A DNA stretch of 64,000 nucleotides from Takakia lepidozioides (taxonomy: Eukaryota > Plantae > Bryophyta). Positions 1 to 12,363 of this stretch are shown one piece after another; the stretch's first letter is position 1; each line of letters opens with the position of its first letter. The position numbers were made by a program, and so were the translations under genes. The stretch covers positions 66,154,001 to 66,218,000 of the forward strand of contig CM060733.1 of NCBI GenBank assembly GCA_030704615.1, read 5' to 3'. The notes beneath the pieces were generated by a model, which was not told the DNA's origin, searched no databases, and worked only from the letters and a program-made list of their open reading frames with translations.

Positions 1-523
1 CCATCGCTCCTCCCAAGCCGCCATCGTGGGCGCTCTCGCAGCGCAAAAAGAAAAACATTAGGGTTGCGCAGGGTTTCCCCTATCTGGTCCGTCATTCATC
101 CTTCTCAAGATGAAAAACATCCGCCAGCGTGTACGCCCGACGGACGTTGACCGTTTCTCATTCGCGGAAGATGAAAGACATCGTGCATTCATCCTGTCTT
201 GAACTCGACGGATGCAGTCCGCATTTCATCCAGGTTAGATGAAAAAACATCGGGGGTTTAAAACAACTTTTTTATATCTGTCTTGCCCTATATTTAGGTC
301 TTGTCAGATGAAGTCATTTTTTCATCCAGGAGATTGAAAAAAAAATTTAAAAAAAAACTGACGGGAGTTTTGTAACTCCCAGGTATTTAGTGAAGAAATG
401 TTTCACTAAGGAAAAATTTGTATTTTGGATGAAAAACATCCAAAATTAATTTTTGCCAATGCACCTAACATCGGGTCGACGGCAAAGATGGGTAGCATAG
501 AGGAAACGCCGCCGGGTGTGTAG

Positions 524-2040
524 GTGAGTTCCACGCATGCCACGCAAAAGGCTGCGAGGACCGGTCCAGCAAGTGTCAACAAGCCTCCTGACATTGTTCT
601 GTTGAGAAGCCGGACGGCCGCCATGCGACAGTCTGCTCAATCCAACCCGTCTACAGCACCTTCTGTTCCCCAAAGTAGAGGCAAAGCGAAGAAGCGAGAT
701 GTCCTGGACCTGGCCGAAGAAGTTGGGGAGGGTCCTGCTCCCAAGAAAAGTGGTCCCAAGGAAAAGTCCGGTGTGTTTATGAACAAGGACCGCAAACTGG
801 TTTTCGAGATGGATAAGGAAGTCATTCTTTGCCGCGAGATCCAGCAATGAGTAGTGTTTGTTGGTCTATTTTGTCTCTTCTTTTTGTGAGTTTACTGAGT
901 CTGCTCAACCCGGTCTCCTGTACACAGTCTCCTACTCTTCTCTGTCTTCTCATACTTTTTGGTCTGCTCAGTCATCTCAGTCTGCTCGGTCTGCTCAGTC
1001 CGGTCTCCTGTACACAGTCTCCTATTCTTGTCGGTCTTCTCTGTCTTCTCATACTTTTTGGTCTGCTCAATCATCTCAGTCTGCTCGGTCTGCTTAGTCT
1101 TCTCGTCTATCTGACAAATACAGGGGCCTTACCTCCGTCTGCTCTGGTCGGTGCAGATTGACTTCTCGGTTTGATAAACTACATCGTAATGAAGTGGATG
1201 TCGGTGGTTCCATGTTGCACTTTTATAAGGGGGACCCACGTTTTGAATGCAGAGTTGACCATGATGACCTGAAGGCAATTAACAAGGTTGAGTCCGAGTG
1301 CACGGATAGACTGCTAGAGCTATGGTGTCGCTTCTATGAAAAGTCGGCTGACTCGAAGGTGGTTGCTCTTCTGCCAGCGTGGACATGGGCGGTGATGAAG
1401 CTCCACTGGGAGGGGCCACGCGAAAGACTAGTGGATAACCTTCATGTTGCCTTCAGCAGCTTGCGGCCCATGACAAGGACCTAAAAGACCGCGAGTTTAT
1501 TTTGGCTCCGATTGGTGAAGAGTAAGAACTCGCCTACCCTGTCTGTTCAGTCTGTTCAGTCCGCTCAGTCCGCTCAGTCTTCTAGACTGTGTACAAGACC
1601 CAGTGTGTTGGGCGTGAGTGGACTGGACAGAAGACTGGTGAGGGTGTCTGGATAGTTTGAGTCCTATGGAGTATGCTGAGTCTGTTGGCACTACTTGGTC
1701 TGGGACCAGTATGCACCTTTCGTGACGTAATGTTGCTTGATACCCATTGTAGGGGCCACTGGAGTCTTCTATGCATCGACCTTCGGAAAGGGTCCTACAC
1801 TCACCTGAACTCTATCAAGAGACTGCATCGTGCTCTCATTATGCCATGGATTCGGAGGCTACATGCCGAGTGCTTGGGCTATTCGCAGTTGGCTCCATAG
1901 TGGCAGGAGGTTGTTTGTGCATTTCAATTACACCAGCCCGAAGTGCAAGAACAACCATTCAGTTGGGAATGTGGTTTTTACGTCATGTCATTCATTCAAG
2001 TTTTTTATGAATGGGTGAAATCAAGAGGAAAGGTTGATAA
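524..2040 (+). pseudogene. Ulp1/C48-like cysteine protease pseudogene, probably transposon cargo (several exons)
   Basis: GHWSLLCIDLRKGSYTHLNS (catalytic His; Asp position reads Asn). After an in-frame TAG at 1898-1900 the frame continues QPEVQEQPFSWECGFYVMSFI (Q...CG catalytic Cys). Upstream ORFs 524-850 and 1158-1484 fit as earlier exons. Confidence 0.65.
895..1100. repeat. ~90-100 bp direct duplication in an AGTCT/GTCTGCTC-rich intronic tract
   Basis: ccggtctcctgtacacagtctcctaytctt...ctcatactttttggtctgctcartcatctcagtctgctcggtctgct occurs twice in tandem. Confidence 0.85.
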
Positions 2041-2314
2041 GAGTAAAAAGACAGAGAGAGGAGTGTCTTTCACTGCGACCTGGTTTACTTATAAGTTTGC
2101 ACTTGGCTAGCGACTGCAATGTGCAAAATATATCGTGCACGGTTTGGAATGTTTGGAGAAAGCTGGCAGATAGTTGGCAGGCTTGGATGTAGTATTTGTA
2201 CGCGTCATGTGATGTTTTGGTACCGAAATAAAAAATGTTTATGCCTTCGCTTATTCATCCATTGGTGAATGATGAATATTGTTGATGCCTCTGGGCACTG
2301 CATTGTTTTGTTGA

Positions 2315-2990
2315 ACGGTCCACTGTCGAGAACCGGTCCACTGTTGTACGGTCCACTGTTGAGCAGACTGCTGACAGTTGAGGTTGTTACTGCACCGTCA
2401 GGCTGCTGTTTGGAAGACTAAAGAATATACGAAGACTACATGTGAATGTATCCACCTGCAAAGTCTACTGATGGACACTCTTTTTTGAGCTGATTGGTTA
2501 CAAAACCGTCAGCAGACGGCTGGGAAGACTACATGTGAATGGATCATGGAATGGTTAGTCTGGTGATGGACACATCAGATTGGTGGGAAGACTACGAGCA
2601 CACTGTCGGCAATGGCTTGGAAGAGTGTTGGGCAGAGTGCTGGGAAGAGTGTTGGGCAGAGTGCTGGGAAGACTGATAGCAGACTGCTGGGAAGATTGGC
2701 TCGATTACGACAATTTGTCTGCCTGGACGACATCTAGCAGACTGGTTAGAAGACAGTCTGCGGACTGCTAACAAGACTACGAGCAGACTGGTTAGAAGAC
2801 TTCGGATACTCGGGTTGGATTCATCCAGCAGACTGGCTGCTCAGACTTGACAGACTGTTCAGTAGACGAGTTGGAAGTATGGTTGGCAGACTGGTTCGAA
2901 GAGTGTCAGGGTGGACAGAGGACTGGTGACAACTGCCAGACTGAAACCAGCAGACTTACTCCTGAATCCAACAGACTTACACCACCCGAT
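2315..2990. repeat. Degenerate AGACT/CAGAC-rich motif tract including short tandem repeats
   Basis: cggtccactgt x3 (~2315-2360), 12-bp ggmagagtgytg x4 (~2619-2666), dense agact/cagact motifs. Confidence 0.7.
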
Positions 2991-3122
2991 GGGCCTCAAG
3001 AATGCGCACACTTGGTGCCCTCGGTAAACTTACTGTATATTGAGCAAAGTATTGTGCACATGCAATCAGACTGCCTCTCTTTTATTTCATCGGGAGAATG
3101 GTACTGCAACATTTGTTGGACT

Positions 3123-4136
3123 CTATTTTACAACAGATACATGGTCTGCAACCTTACGGATTGTGGAGTATATTTGTACTGCAAGTGTTGGGGCACCAAC
3201 CCTCTTGCCTGTTTTCCGCAAGACTCTGGGTCGCGTTTTCCATGCCTCCACGAAATCCCGTTTCCTTTTCATCGACATATTGTTGTTGTCATTTACAGTA
3301 CGGAAGCTCTTTGTTGCCGCAGGGTGCAACATTCCTACAGCACTCTTGGCTAAGATATCAACAAGCTGCCCCCTACAGATTCGGAAACATGACAACACAA
3401 GATTCTCCAGGTATTTGTCATCATCAACAATGCAAAGTATGTCAGCAAATTCTTCGTCCATGGAGGCTGGTACGAGGACAGGTTCCTGATCATAGGAACT
3501 CGTCTGTGGAAGGTCCGTCATATGCATTTCCCAAACCCTCTTCGTCGTCGCCGCTTCCATGAACCCTAAACACATTATGCAATCCTCCATGAATGGTTTC
3601 CAGCACCGTGCCACAAGCGCATACTATGAGTCCATCCTACAAGTGTGGATGAAGCATCTTCAGGACTCCGACTTGATGCTTGCACAAATTACCCTTCATT
3701 GCCCATGGGCAAGTGCAAGAAGCCATTCACATGCGGGGTTGTAAACAATGTAAGTTGTGTTTGATTGGTGCTTAGAAGGTACGGAAGAGTAACATTGCAA
3801 GCTGGGATGTCGCGTGCCGCAAGCACAGAACTGGACATGTATTTCTCCTGTTTGTCATTCCTTATGAATCCGTGCGTCTTCAGGTGAATTGCATACCAGT
3901 AGTGTATTAGCACATGGCCTATGAGTTCCCATATCAGCCAATCGACTCTACGCCCTGTCATTTTGCCTTTCCCCATCCTCAGCCTTGCCTTCAAGTTTCC
4001 ATGGTATGCCCCAATGCATAAGAAGGCAGTAGCCCTTCTGGGTCAAGCGACACCATAAGTTACGCTTGCTTCGGCAACGAGTCCACAATGCACCTCTCCG
4101 ACCAACATACCCACTTCCTTCCTCCAGTGTCTCCAT
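3123..4136 (-). pseudogene. C-terminal part of a SWIM-finger MULE-type transposase (different family from A/B)
   Basis: Minus strand: YHGNLKARL...RRVDWLIWEL (region following the third catalytic acidic residue) and SCTCPWAMKGNLCKHQV SWIM finger at ~3670-3720; frameshifted. Confidence 0.7.
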
Positions 4137-4439
4137 AAACTACTTACACAAACTCACAAAATGAAAGCTAACATCGCCCCCCCTTACAAGACTAACCAAC
4201 CCACTTCCAATTACGAAAAATATTCCCCTCCCTCTCCTCAATATCAAACCTAACAAGACATGGTTAAAGGCGCTACCACGCCCACCACATGCCGCCCCTC
4301 CCGAGGCCCCACCCACCATCCCTCAGATGTACCAACAAAACATACCCCTCAGATTTCCCCTCACCCACTCTCACCACACGAATGGTCCCTCATAAAATCC
4401 ACTACCGGATATGGTATATATAATGCGGCCACCCAGCAG

Positions 4440-4750
4440 GGTGTCGCCCTCCGCCTACCTGGTCCTGCCACAATCCTACGCGCTTAACTTATGGCAATAT
4501 ATGAAGCCTTATCTAGGCTAGACACCTTCCCTCCCCCCTATTATATTTTTACCGACAGCCTTACTTCACTCTTCCTTATCAGAAACCACATAGCCCGCCC
4601 TTCATCCCACCATCACCACCCAGACCGCAATCTCATCACTGCCATTGTCCAACTAGCTCTCTCCAAATCCCACCCCATCCATTTCTGCAAAGTCCGCTCG
4701 CATACGGGGATACATGGAAATGACGATGCCGACCAGTTTGCGATGAATGC
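4440..4750 (+). mobile_element. RNase HI fragment of a non-LTR (LINE) retroelement
   Basis: TILRA*LMAIYEAL...YIFTDSLTSL...KVRSHTGIHGNDDADQFA matches RNase H motifs (RAEL.AI, TDS, H.GI.GN..AD); C-rich plus strand. Confidence 0.8.
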
Positions 4751-5312
4751 AAAACTAAGATGCATTTTTCAGTAGTGGTTGCTAAATCCCCCTACCTCTA
4801 GAGTGAACTTCTGCCCATTAGTGAGGGTTGTGATTGTCCTTTCATCAACAATCAGAAGTCGACATAGTTGCTGACACACATTTGCAAAGAAGGTGGAGAG
4901 GCCATTTGGTGCTTCAAAGGAAATTGTTTAATAACTAAAGATTCATTCCGACGAAGAATATTCTGTGCTACTGGAGTCGGCGTCCAAAACGAAGGCAGAA
5001 CTGTCTATGAAGACACTAGCCCTGTTTTGCACAAAACCCTCTCTGTTTAAAAGCAAACCAGGGGGAGAAGAGAGGAGACTAAATTCCGAAGCTGCAGCCT
5101 CCGCATAACATGGCAATTTAAAATTTGCTTTCGGACTTGGGAAAAATTGCGGGTTTGCAAAGAAAGGGAGGAACCGTGGCGACCTTGGGCTCCTGTACAC
5201 ACAAACAAACAATGTAAGTCCATATACATTCAGCTGGCCCAACTTGTGCAGGAAAGATGGAAATGGAAGGATGCGCTGTCGTGTCAATGAATTGCCACAA
5301 CTGAACTAGCAC

Positions 5313-6950
5313 TTACTCACATGAGAAATCGGAATCAACATCCAGAGCATCGGGCTCTTGCAGATCCGGCTCCACAACAATGTTCTTAGTCTGGGTCGAA
5401 TGCGATGAACCCCCAGACAGAGGTGCGATGACTTGAGAGTAGAGCTGCTCGTCCCCCTCCATCCCGAAAAAATGCCTACCTGCATACTTGCATGCATGGA
5501 AGGAAGCCCCTGCAACAGTGCAAATGGATCCACGAAACAAAGTAAGAAGCACAATCTGAAGGCAAAGAAGTGCACCCAAGAAATGGAGTTTGATTGGGCA
5601 CCAACTTGTTCCCATGGACAGGTCCACCACTTTCCCACCATGTCGGCTGCATGTCTCAATCAAAGTCTGCATGAAAGCGGGTGACTTCTCCCGCGCACCT
5701 CTCCATGGAATGCCACCAGTTTTTTTCAATGTTTGGGAGGAGTCAACATAGTTGTGGATAACATCGGATTCCACAGGGTCGCATTCCGGGTCTATGTGAA
5801 GCCCCCCTTCCCAAACGTCGAAATGGCCAACACGAGCAGGAGTGGTGTCTGGCCGAATTCGAGCAAGACAAATGGCCTTGAACACATGTGTCTGCAGCAA
5901 CACCAATGTTAGAAACGTTATTAAGGGCAATTCCACGAAACAAGAACACACAAAAAAGCCCAGGTGAGTACCTTCTGCCCGGGAAACTCTGCACTAGAGT
6001 CACATCTGTGGGAATGATATCAGGCACTGGAAGCCCATCTGGGATATCAAGGATGACAAGATTTGTCGCGTAGGGTTGCTGCACTCCATTCACCCAACAT
6101 GCATCCCGGTCACCTGAAATGAGGACAGGCAATCGAATGAGATTGACAAATTGCAGTGGAGACACCCGAACCAGTGATCCGTTGTATCGTGCATATTAAG
6201 ATGTCGTTGATGACACCTTAATGCACCACCTACGCTCCCCCAACAATGCAACAAAAATGACCAGATTACGATAGATGTGGCGTGCTCACCAGGGTGAGGA
6301 AAGAGCACAGATGGTCCCATGTAGGTGACTTGACACCCACAAAAGTGGACTTTCTTGACTCCATCATATGGAGGAAGCTCACGTTGGCCGTTTTACGCTG
6401 GAAGTGCAGGCCCACCACCCTGGACACACACACAGCCGTGCTTCATAAGGGCGTTTCTTTGCTATGTGTGTATTGCGCCGATCTACCGCGGTGGATGTGA
6501 TGGCGACCTGTGTCTGCTGTTTCTTGGCAGGTTGCACAGTCAAATCTACAGAACCCCCAGCTGGCCCAGCTGTGTCAGGAGGGTCTGCCACTGCTTCCCC
6601 AGCAGCTCTGTTTCCCCTTCTTTTTCTTCTTGTGGTCAGCAGGGGTGGCCGGTTTTGTAGGCTCTTTCTTATTCAGAAGCGCCAAGGCTCTTTGCTGCAA
6701 CTCCTCATCTGTCCGGGGGGCCAGTGAATCTGCGTTCTCGTTTTGATTCCTCATGACATTCTCCTCCCAGGGAGTCGAAGCTCTGGGGCAGTCCACGTAC
6801 CACCCACAGTCATGGTAAGGTGCCCGACCCCAGTCCTTCACAATGCCAGCAGTGTACATTGTGGTTTCATCGTTTGGGTTCGCCCATCCACGAATGAAGT
6901 CTGGATCCTCACTCAGTGTGTTCTCCGGAATAAGAACAAAGCGAAAGTAC
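5313..6950 (-). pseudogene. 3' exons of element A ParB-MTase gene: beta-class amino-methyltransferase-like (N6_N4_Mtase) domain
   Basis: NLVILDIPDG (motif IV DPPY-like, degenerate), then EKSPAFMQTLIETCSRHGGKVVDLSMGT|GASFHACKYAGRHFFGMEGD (motif X, motif I FxGxG-like, motif II), in beta order; acidic tail; at least one frameshift near 6590. Confidence 0.7.
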
Positions 6951-6994
6951 CTACAGACAATAAAACCATCTCGTTTAGATAGTTTCCTTGAACG

Positions 6995-9900
6995 CACTAC
7001 AACAAATTGCGGCTTTTACGTCTCTGTGTTATGACTGCAAATGCAGTCATGGAAGCCATTTACGACTTCCTGACTCTGCAGACGTAAAGACCTAGTCAGT
7101 TGTGACATGGCAAATATGACTCTCCAGGCTGGCTGTCACGTGGCGCCAGAGCAGCTGTGGGGGTAGTCATACACGCTGGCATTACTGAATGACTGAACGG
7201 GTCCATGTCAGCCGCTGTGTAATAGAGACACGTGCTCTCTACAGAACACGCCACGTGTCAGATTGCGACGTCATCCGACTGCAGAGGAGGGAATCAGACG
7301 TCAGCATGTGTCGCATCGTGATTTTGACACGTGGTTCTTCATGTCAATTGACACGCGTCGCTGTTGGGGGTTGTAGATTTACTTTATTGTTATTATAATT
7401 ACTAAAATAATTATTATAATTATTTGTTATTATAATTATTATTACTGACCAACATGGGACAGTGGCACATTATTAAATAACGAATTTTTGAAATTATATT
7501 CTTAGATAAAATATTTATTCGCTCAGATACCAAAACACACCCTTACGGGGAAGGAGAGTTTGCCTTAGTGCCTGTGTTGAATTGCATCTGCTACTGTTAC
7601 CTGTTTATGGATACTTTTTTATTGTCACTTTGGCAGTATCATATCAAAGTCACTCCAAACTATCTACCATCTACCCATGACCATCTACCCATGCAGGTTT
7701 CTTGTAGCTATCCTTCCACAGGGAATCATCGGTAATCTGGAGCTTGAAATCCGGCTTTCTTGGATGATCTGGACCCACACTCTATCCCTGCTCCTTCAGC
7801 TATCCATGCCTCTGCATAGATCATGCATATATCATTGCATTGCTGTTAGCAGCTGACAATGACAGCCTACATTTGTTCCAGCAAACACCCAACTCAACTT
7901 ACCACACAAGTTCCTATTCTCAATTGCATCTGTTACTCTCTGTAATCCAACAGGCATTTACCTTTTTGCCTCGGTTGTCCCACCATTGACTGGGGTCAGA
8001 AAAGTATTCATTCCACAGCTTCCCCTCATCTCCGTTAACTGTTTTTCGATACTTTCCTGTTGTCACATTGGCAATATCATGTCAAAGTCACTCCAAACTA
8101 GATTCACTCAACCAGCTAACTTGCAGACATTGAAATTTAGGGCCGGTTCTGATAAGAGGGAAAAACAGGGTGAAATGTGTTGAAGAAGGTGCCTTTATTA
8201 GCAGTGCTTGATTTTATCAATTGTGCCGCTACTCCTGCGGCTTCCAGTTCACCATCTACCCATGCAGGTTTCTTATAGCTAAATCCACAGGTAATCATAG
8301 GTAATCATGTGCTTGAAATCTGGCCCTCTTGGATGAATCTGGACCCATACTCTATCCCTGCTCTTTCAGCTATCACTGCTTCTGCACAAATCATGCATAC
8401 TTCCTTGCCTTGCAGCTGATAATGACAGCCTACATTTGTTCTAGGAAACACCCAACTCAGCTTATCACACTAGTTCCTATGCTGAATTGCGTCTGCCCTC
8501 TATAATCTAACAGGCATTAACCTTTTTCCCTCGGTTGTCCCACCATTCCCAACTTCTCCTCGTCTCTGTGACCTGTTTCTGGATACTTTCCTGTTGTCAC
8601 ATTGGCATCATGTCAAAGTTCAGATCGACATCTAGTACAATTCCACCACGAACCTCTTTGCTATTTTGCAGGGCTGCCAGGCTTGCACACATGTTGCAAA
8701 TGTAACAAACACGATGTGGTTGCGCTGCAGTATCCCTTCCCACACCACTTGCTCATAGACCTCTCCAAAGGGCCTCCATCCCGTGCCGTTGTTGTGCATA
8801 TCCTGGGATCATCATCCTCCATGCACCCCAATTTGGCATACAAGTCCACAAGGGCATAGTTCAGAACAACATTTGCTTAATTCCAGCTTGGACGATCAAC
8901 ATCACAAACCCCATCTTCACTCATTGCCTACTCCAGGTAAGTGCAATTATGGGCTAGGCTGGTACCACATCTCATTCAGCCATATTATCAAAACAACCAT
9001 GTATCCTTGTAGTTGAACCCTACAACCTTGGCATACATGTCCACTACGGCAACGTTCAGAATCACATCAAATACAATACCAGCTTTGACAATATCACCGT
9101 GGACCTCTGTACCCTTTTTCAGGGCTGCCAGGCGTGCATTTGACATACATATCCACCAAGGCAGTGTTTAGAGTGACATCTAGTGGTACAATTCCAGATT
9201 TGATAATGGACCTTTGCGTCCTTTCCAGGGCTACCAGGCTCGCATTTGACATACATGTACACCAGGGGAATGTTCAGAATGACATCAGGTACAATTCCAG
9301 CTTTGATGATGTCACCATGAACCTCTTGGCCCCTTCCCAGGGCTGCTAGGCTCGCATATGCATATTAACAAACACAAATGAACATGACCTGGTTTGGCTT
9401 CATCCTTTCCCACATCATTTGTTCTTAGGTTTCCAAAGCCTTACTCCCACACCTATGCTACACACACCTTACAATCATGGCAGTCCACAAGACCACATCT
9501 CATTTAGCCATGTTGTCGAACTCTCCCTTTGCATCAGGCTTGCTGCACCCACATTTGGCATACATGTCCACTAGGGCAGTGGTCAGAATGACAACTAGTA
9601 CAGTTTCAGCTTTGACGATGGCACATGGCCAAGAGATATCCCAATATCCCGCTACCAATGGGTTCAATGCATACTCTTGTCACATTGGCAGTATCATGTC
9701 AAAGTCACTCCAACTAGATTCACTCAACCAGCTAACTTGCAGAATTGAACATGAAAATTTAGGGCCGATTCTGATAAGAGGGGAAAATAGGGTGAAATGT
9801 GTTTCAGAAGGTGCCTTCATTAGCAGTGCTTGATTGTATCAATTGTGCTGCTGCTGCTGCGGCTTCCAATTGACCATCTACCCATGCAGGTTTCTTGTAT

Positions 9901-11910
9901 CTATCATTCCACAGGGAATCATAGATAATCTGGAGCTTGAAATCTGGCCCTCTTCCACACTCTATCCCTGCTCCTTCAGCTATCTATGCCTCTGCACAAA
10001 ATCATGCATACAACAATCATTCCAGCAAACACCCCCAACCCTACTTATCAATGAGCAACGAGCTAACTTACATAATTCAATATGCATCTCAAGGCCGAGT
10101 CTGATGAGAGGGCAAAACAGGCTGAAATAGGTCGAAGAAGAACCCATGGAGGATTTGACCGACCATCAACCCAAAAGGACCTCTTGTGTGTGCTGCTTGT
10201 GTCTTGTAGTCAGGTAATGTCGGATTGGTCTGTGAGAACCAGCACGGTGCAGATGAGCAGGCAGAGATTGAAACACGGCCTGCTAAGACCAAGCTGACTC
10301 TCCCAAGAACCTTGAAACATCAGGAAGAATACCAAATCATGGTACTAACAGGAGCCAACAGCCCACATTTGCAGGATGGACAAACTTCTTCACATCGTAC
10401 ATTAAGGAAAAGCCACACCTTGCCATTGCGGTTGTCGCACCATCGTGAAGGATCTTTAAAAATCTCATGCCAACTCTGCTCCGTGCTGCAAATGAAGGGC
10501 CGAGTCTGATGAGAGGGCAAAACAGGCTGAAATAGGTCGAAGAAGAAGGTGCCCTCACCACATTGTCCTCGACCTTGTGTCATGGCCCATGGAGGATTTG
10601 ACTGACCATGAACCCAAGAGGACCTCTTCAGTGTGCTGCTTGTTTCTGTAGTCAGGTAATGTCGGATTGGTCAGGGAGAACCACCACGGTGCAGCTGAGT
10701 GGGCAGAGATTGAAACACGGCCTGCTAAGACCAAGCTAACTCTCCCAAGAACCTTGTAAACATCAGGAAGAATACCAAATCATGGTACTAACAGGAGCCA
10801 ACAACCCACATTTGCAGGATGGACAAACTTCTTCACATCGTACATTAAGAAAAAACCACACCTTGCGATTGCGGTTGTCCCACCATCGTGAAGGATCTTT
10901 TAGAAACTCATGCCAGCTCTGCTCCGTGCTGTAAAATCAGGGCCGAGCGGGTAGAGATTGAAACACAGCCTGCTAAGACGAAGCTGACTCTCCCAAGAAC
11001 GGCAGGCTCCCAGCCGAAACCTCCTCGCACACATACCGTAGCGTTTCTAGGGTTGCTTGCTCCAAATGCGAAGGTTGATCCAACTGCGGGCCTCCCATGC
11101 ATGTTTGCCCTCTCTCCCGCTTGCTCGCTCTAAGTCCCAACCCTCTCTCTCTCCCTCCCGCTCGCTCTAAGTCTATTCACGCTACCGTGATGGGCAACTT
11201 TTTAAGTTTTTTAACCTTTTTGTAAACCCTAAAAGCCCCTCTTTGATTTTTTTTCTTTTTTTTCTTTTCTTAAAGGAAACCACAGGTCCTTGAGGAGGGG
11301 GGAAAATTCACCCGCCTTCATTTATGGGCCATAAGACGTACAGGACGATCAACGCCCAGACATACTGTCACGAACAATCCCACACACGGGATAAGGCAGC
11401 GGGTTTGAACCCCAAACCACCAGGGCGACACACTGTGCACTTACCAGCCGATGTGTTTTTTTTTTTTTTTTTTAATTGCATTTTTTTTAAAAAAATGATT
11501 CTAGTGGTCAGAGTCTCCGTTTTTTCAAAATATAAATACTCATATATTATATATATAACCAGAAAAGCATGTGTTGACATGTGCAGTCATGTAGTGATTC
11601 ATCCATGTGATGATCTGGCAGAATGCATTAGAGTGAGAGTCATGAAGTCATATGTCTTTCTAACAATATACACTCATTCTAGTGTAGCCATGACCGTGAC
11701 TGGTAGTCATATCTGCCATGCCAATATTCGTGGTCAAACATGTTTGACCTGTGTTCCGCAGAGTTCGGAGCCATGCAGTCGCATATACGCCTTCCCCAGA
11801 CCTGCATTATGACTTCAAAAGCATTTTACGACTGCAAATGGCATTTCTGCCACAAATCTGTCATGACTGCGTACCCATGGGAGTCGTAAAAGCCGCAATC
11901 TGTTGTAGTG
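6995..11910. mobile_element. Non-autonomous CACTA (Pack-CACTA) element #1, 4,916 bp, intact ends
   Basis: Left TIR CACTACAACAAATTGCGGCTTTTACG; right TIR reverse complement CACTACAACAGATTGCGGCTTTTACG; 3-bp TSD ACG at 6992-6994 and 11911-11913; ATGAC/GTCAT subterminal repeats; no transposase. Confidence 0.95.
7640..11150 (-). pseudogene. Scrambled captured fragments of a PDF-motif/PLS-PPR gene inside CACTA #1
   Basis: DLYAKLGCMED and DMYAKCG PPR pieces (8650-9620); WHEFLKDPSRWWDNRNRK and PDFK...KKPAWVD pieces; ~410 bp internal duplication at ~10090-10920. Confidence 0.8.
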
Positions 11911-12363
11911 ACGCAACAGAAATGGCCATTGAACTGCCATAGGGCTGCATTTCACTTTGAGGATTAAGGTGTCGTCAACAACATCTTAATCCAGGCACTA
12001 AGAGGCAGGACTCCATAACTGATGTAATTTTCCAAACAATCAGACCATGTAAGATCCCCCTTCATGGCAAACTCATCCCAAGAGGGCATGGATTTAAGGT
12101 ATCGTCAACGACACCTTAATTCCATCTCTCAAATAGCAATCAAAGAAGAGAATGACACAATACAGAACTGCACAAGACTGCATTGCAATTGAAAGTAGGG
12201 ACAGTGCTGCAGAGATTGAGGCCACCTTAAATCAAACCCCCTTACAGGATGAAAGTCCCATTGTAAGCAGGATATGGGCATACCTATAATGCGCAAATTA
12301 AGGTGTCGTTGATGACACCTTAATTTCCCCCTCACAGAAAGAGAAATGAGTCAGTGCACACAC

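Noticed and set aside
829-1161. Membrane-protein-like Leu-rich ORF and the GRVL repeat ORF at 2580
   Set aside because: Both derive from low-complexity tandem repeats
4749-4777. Solo CACTA right TIR (reverse complement CACTACTGAAAAATGC)
   Set aside because: No partner end, TSD or subterminal repeats in the window
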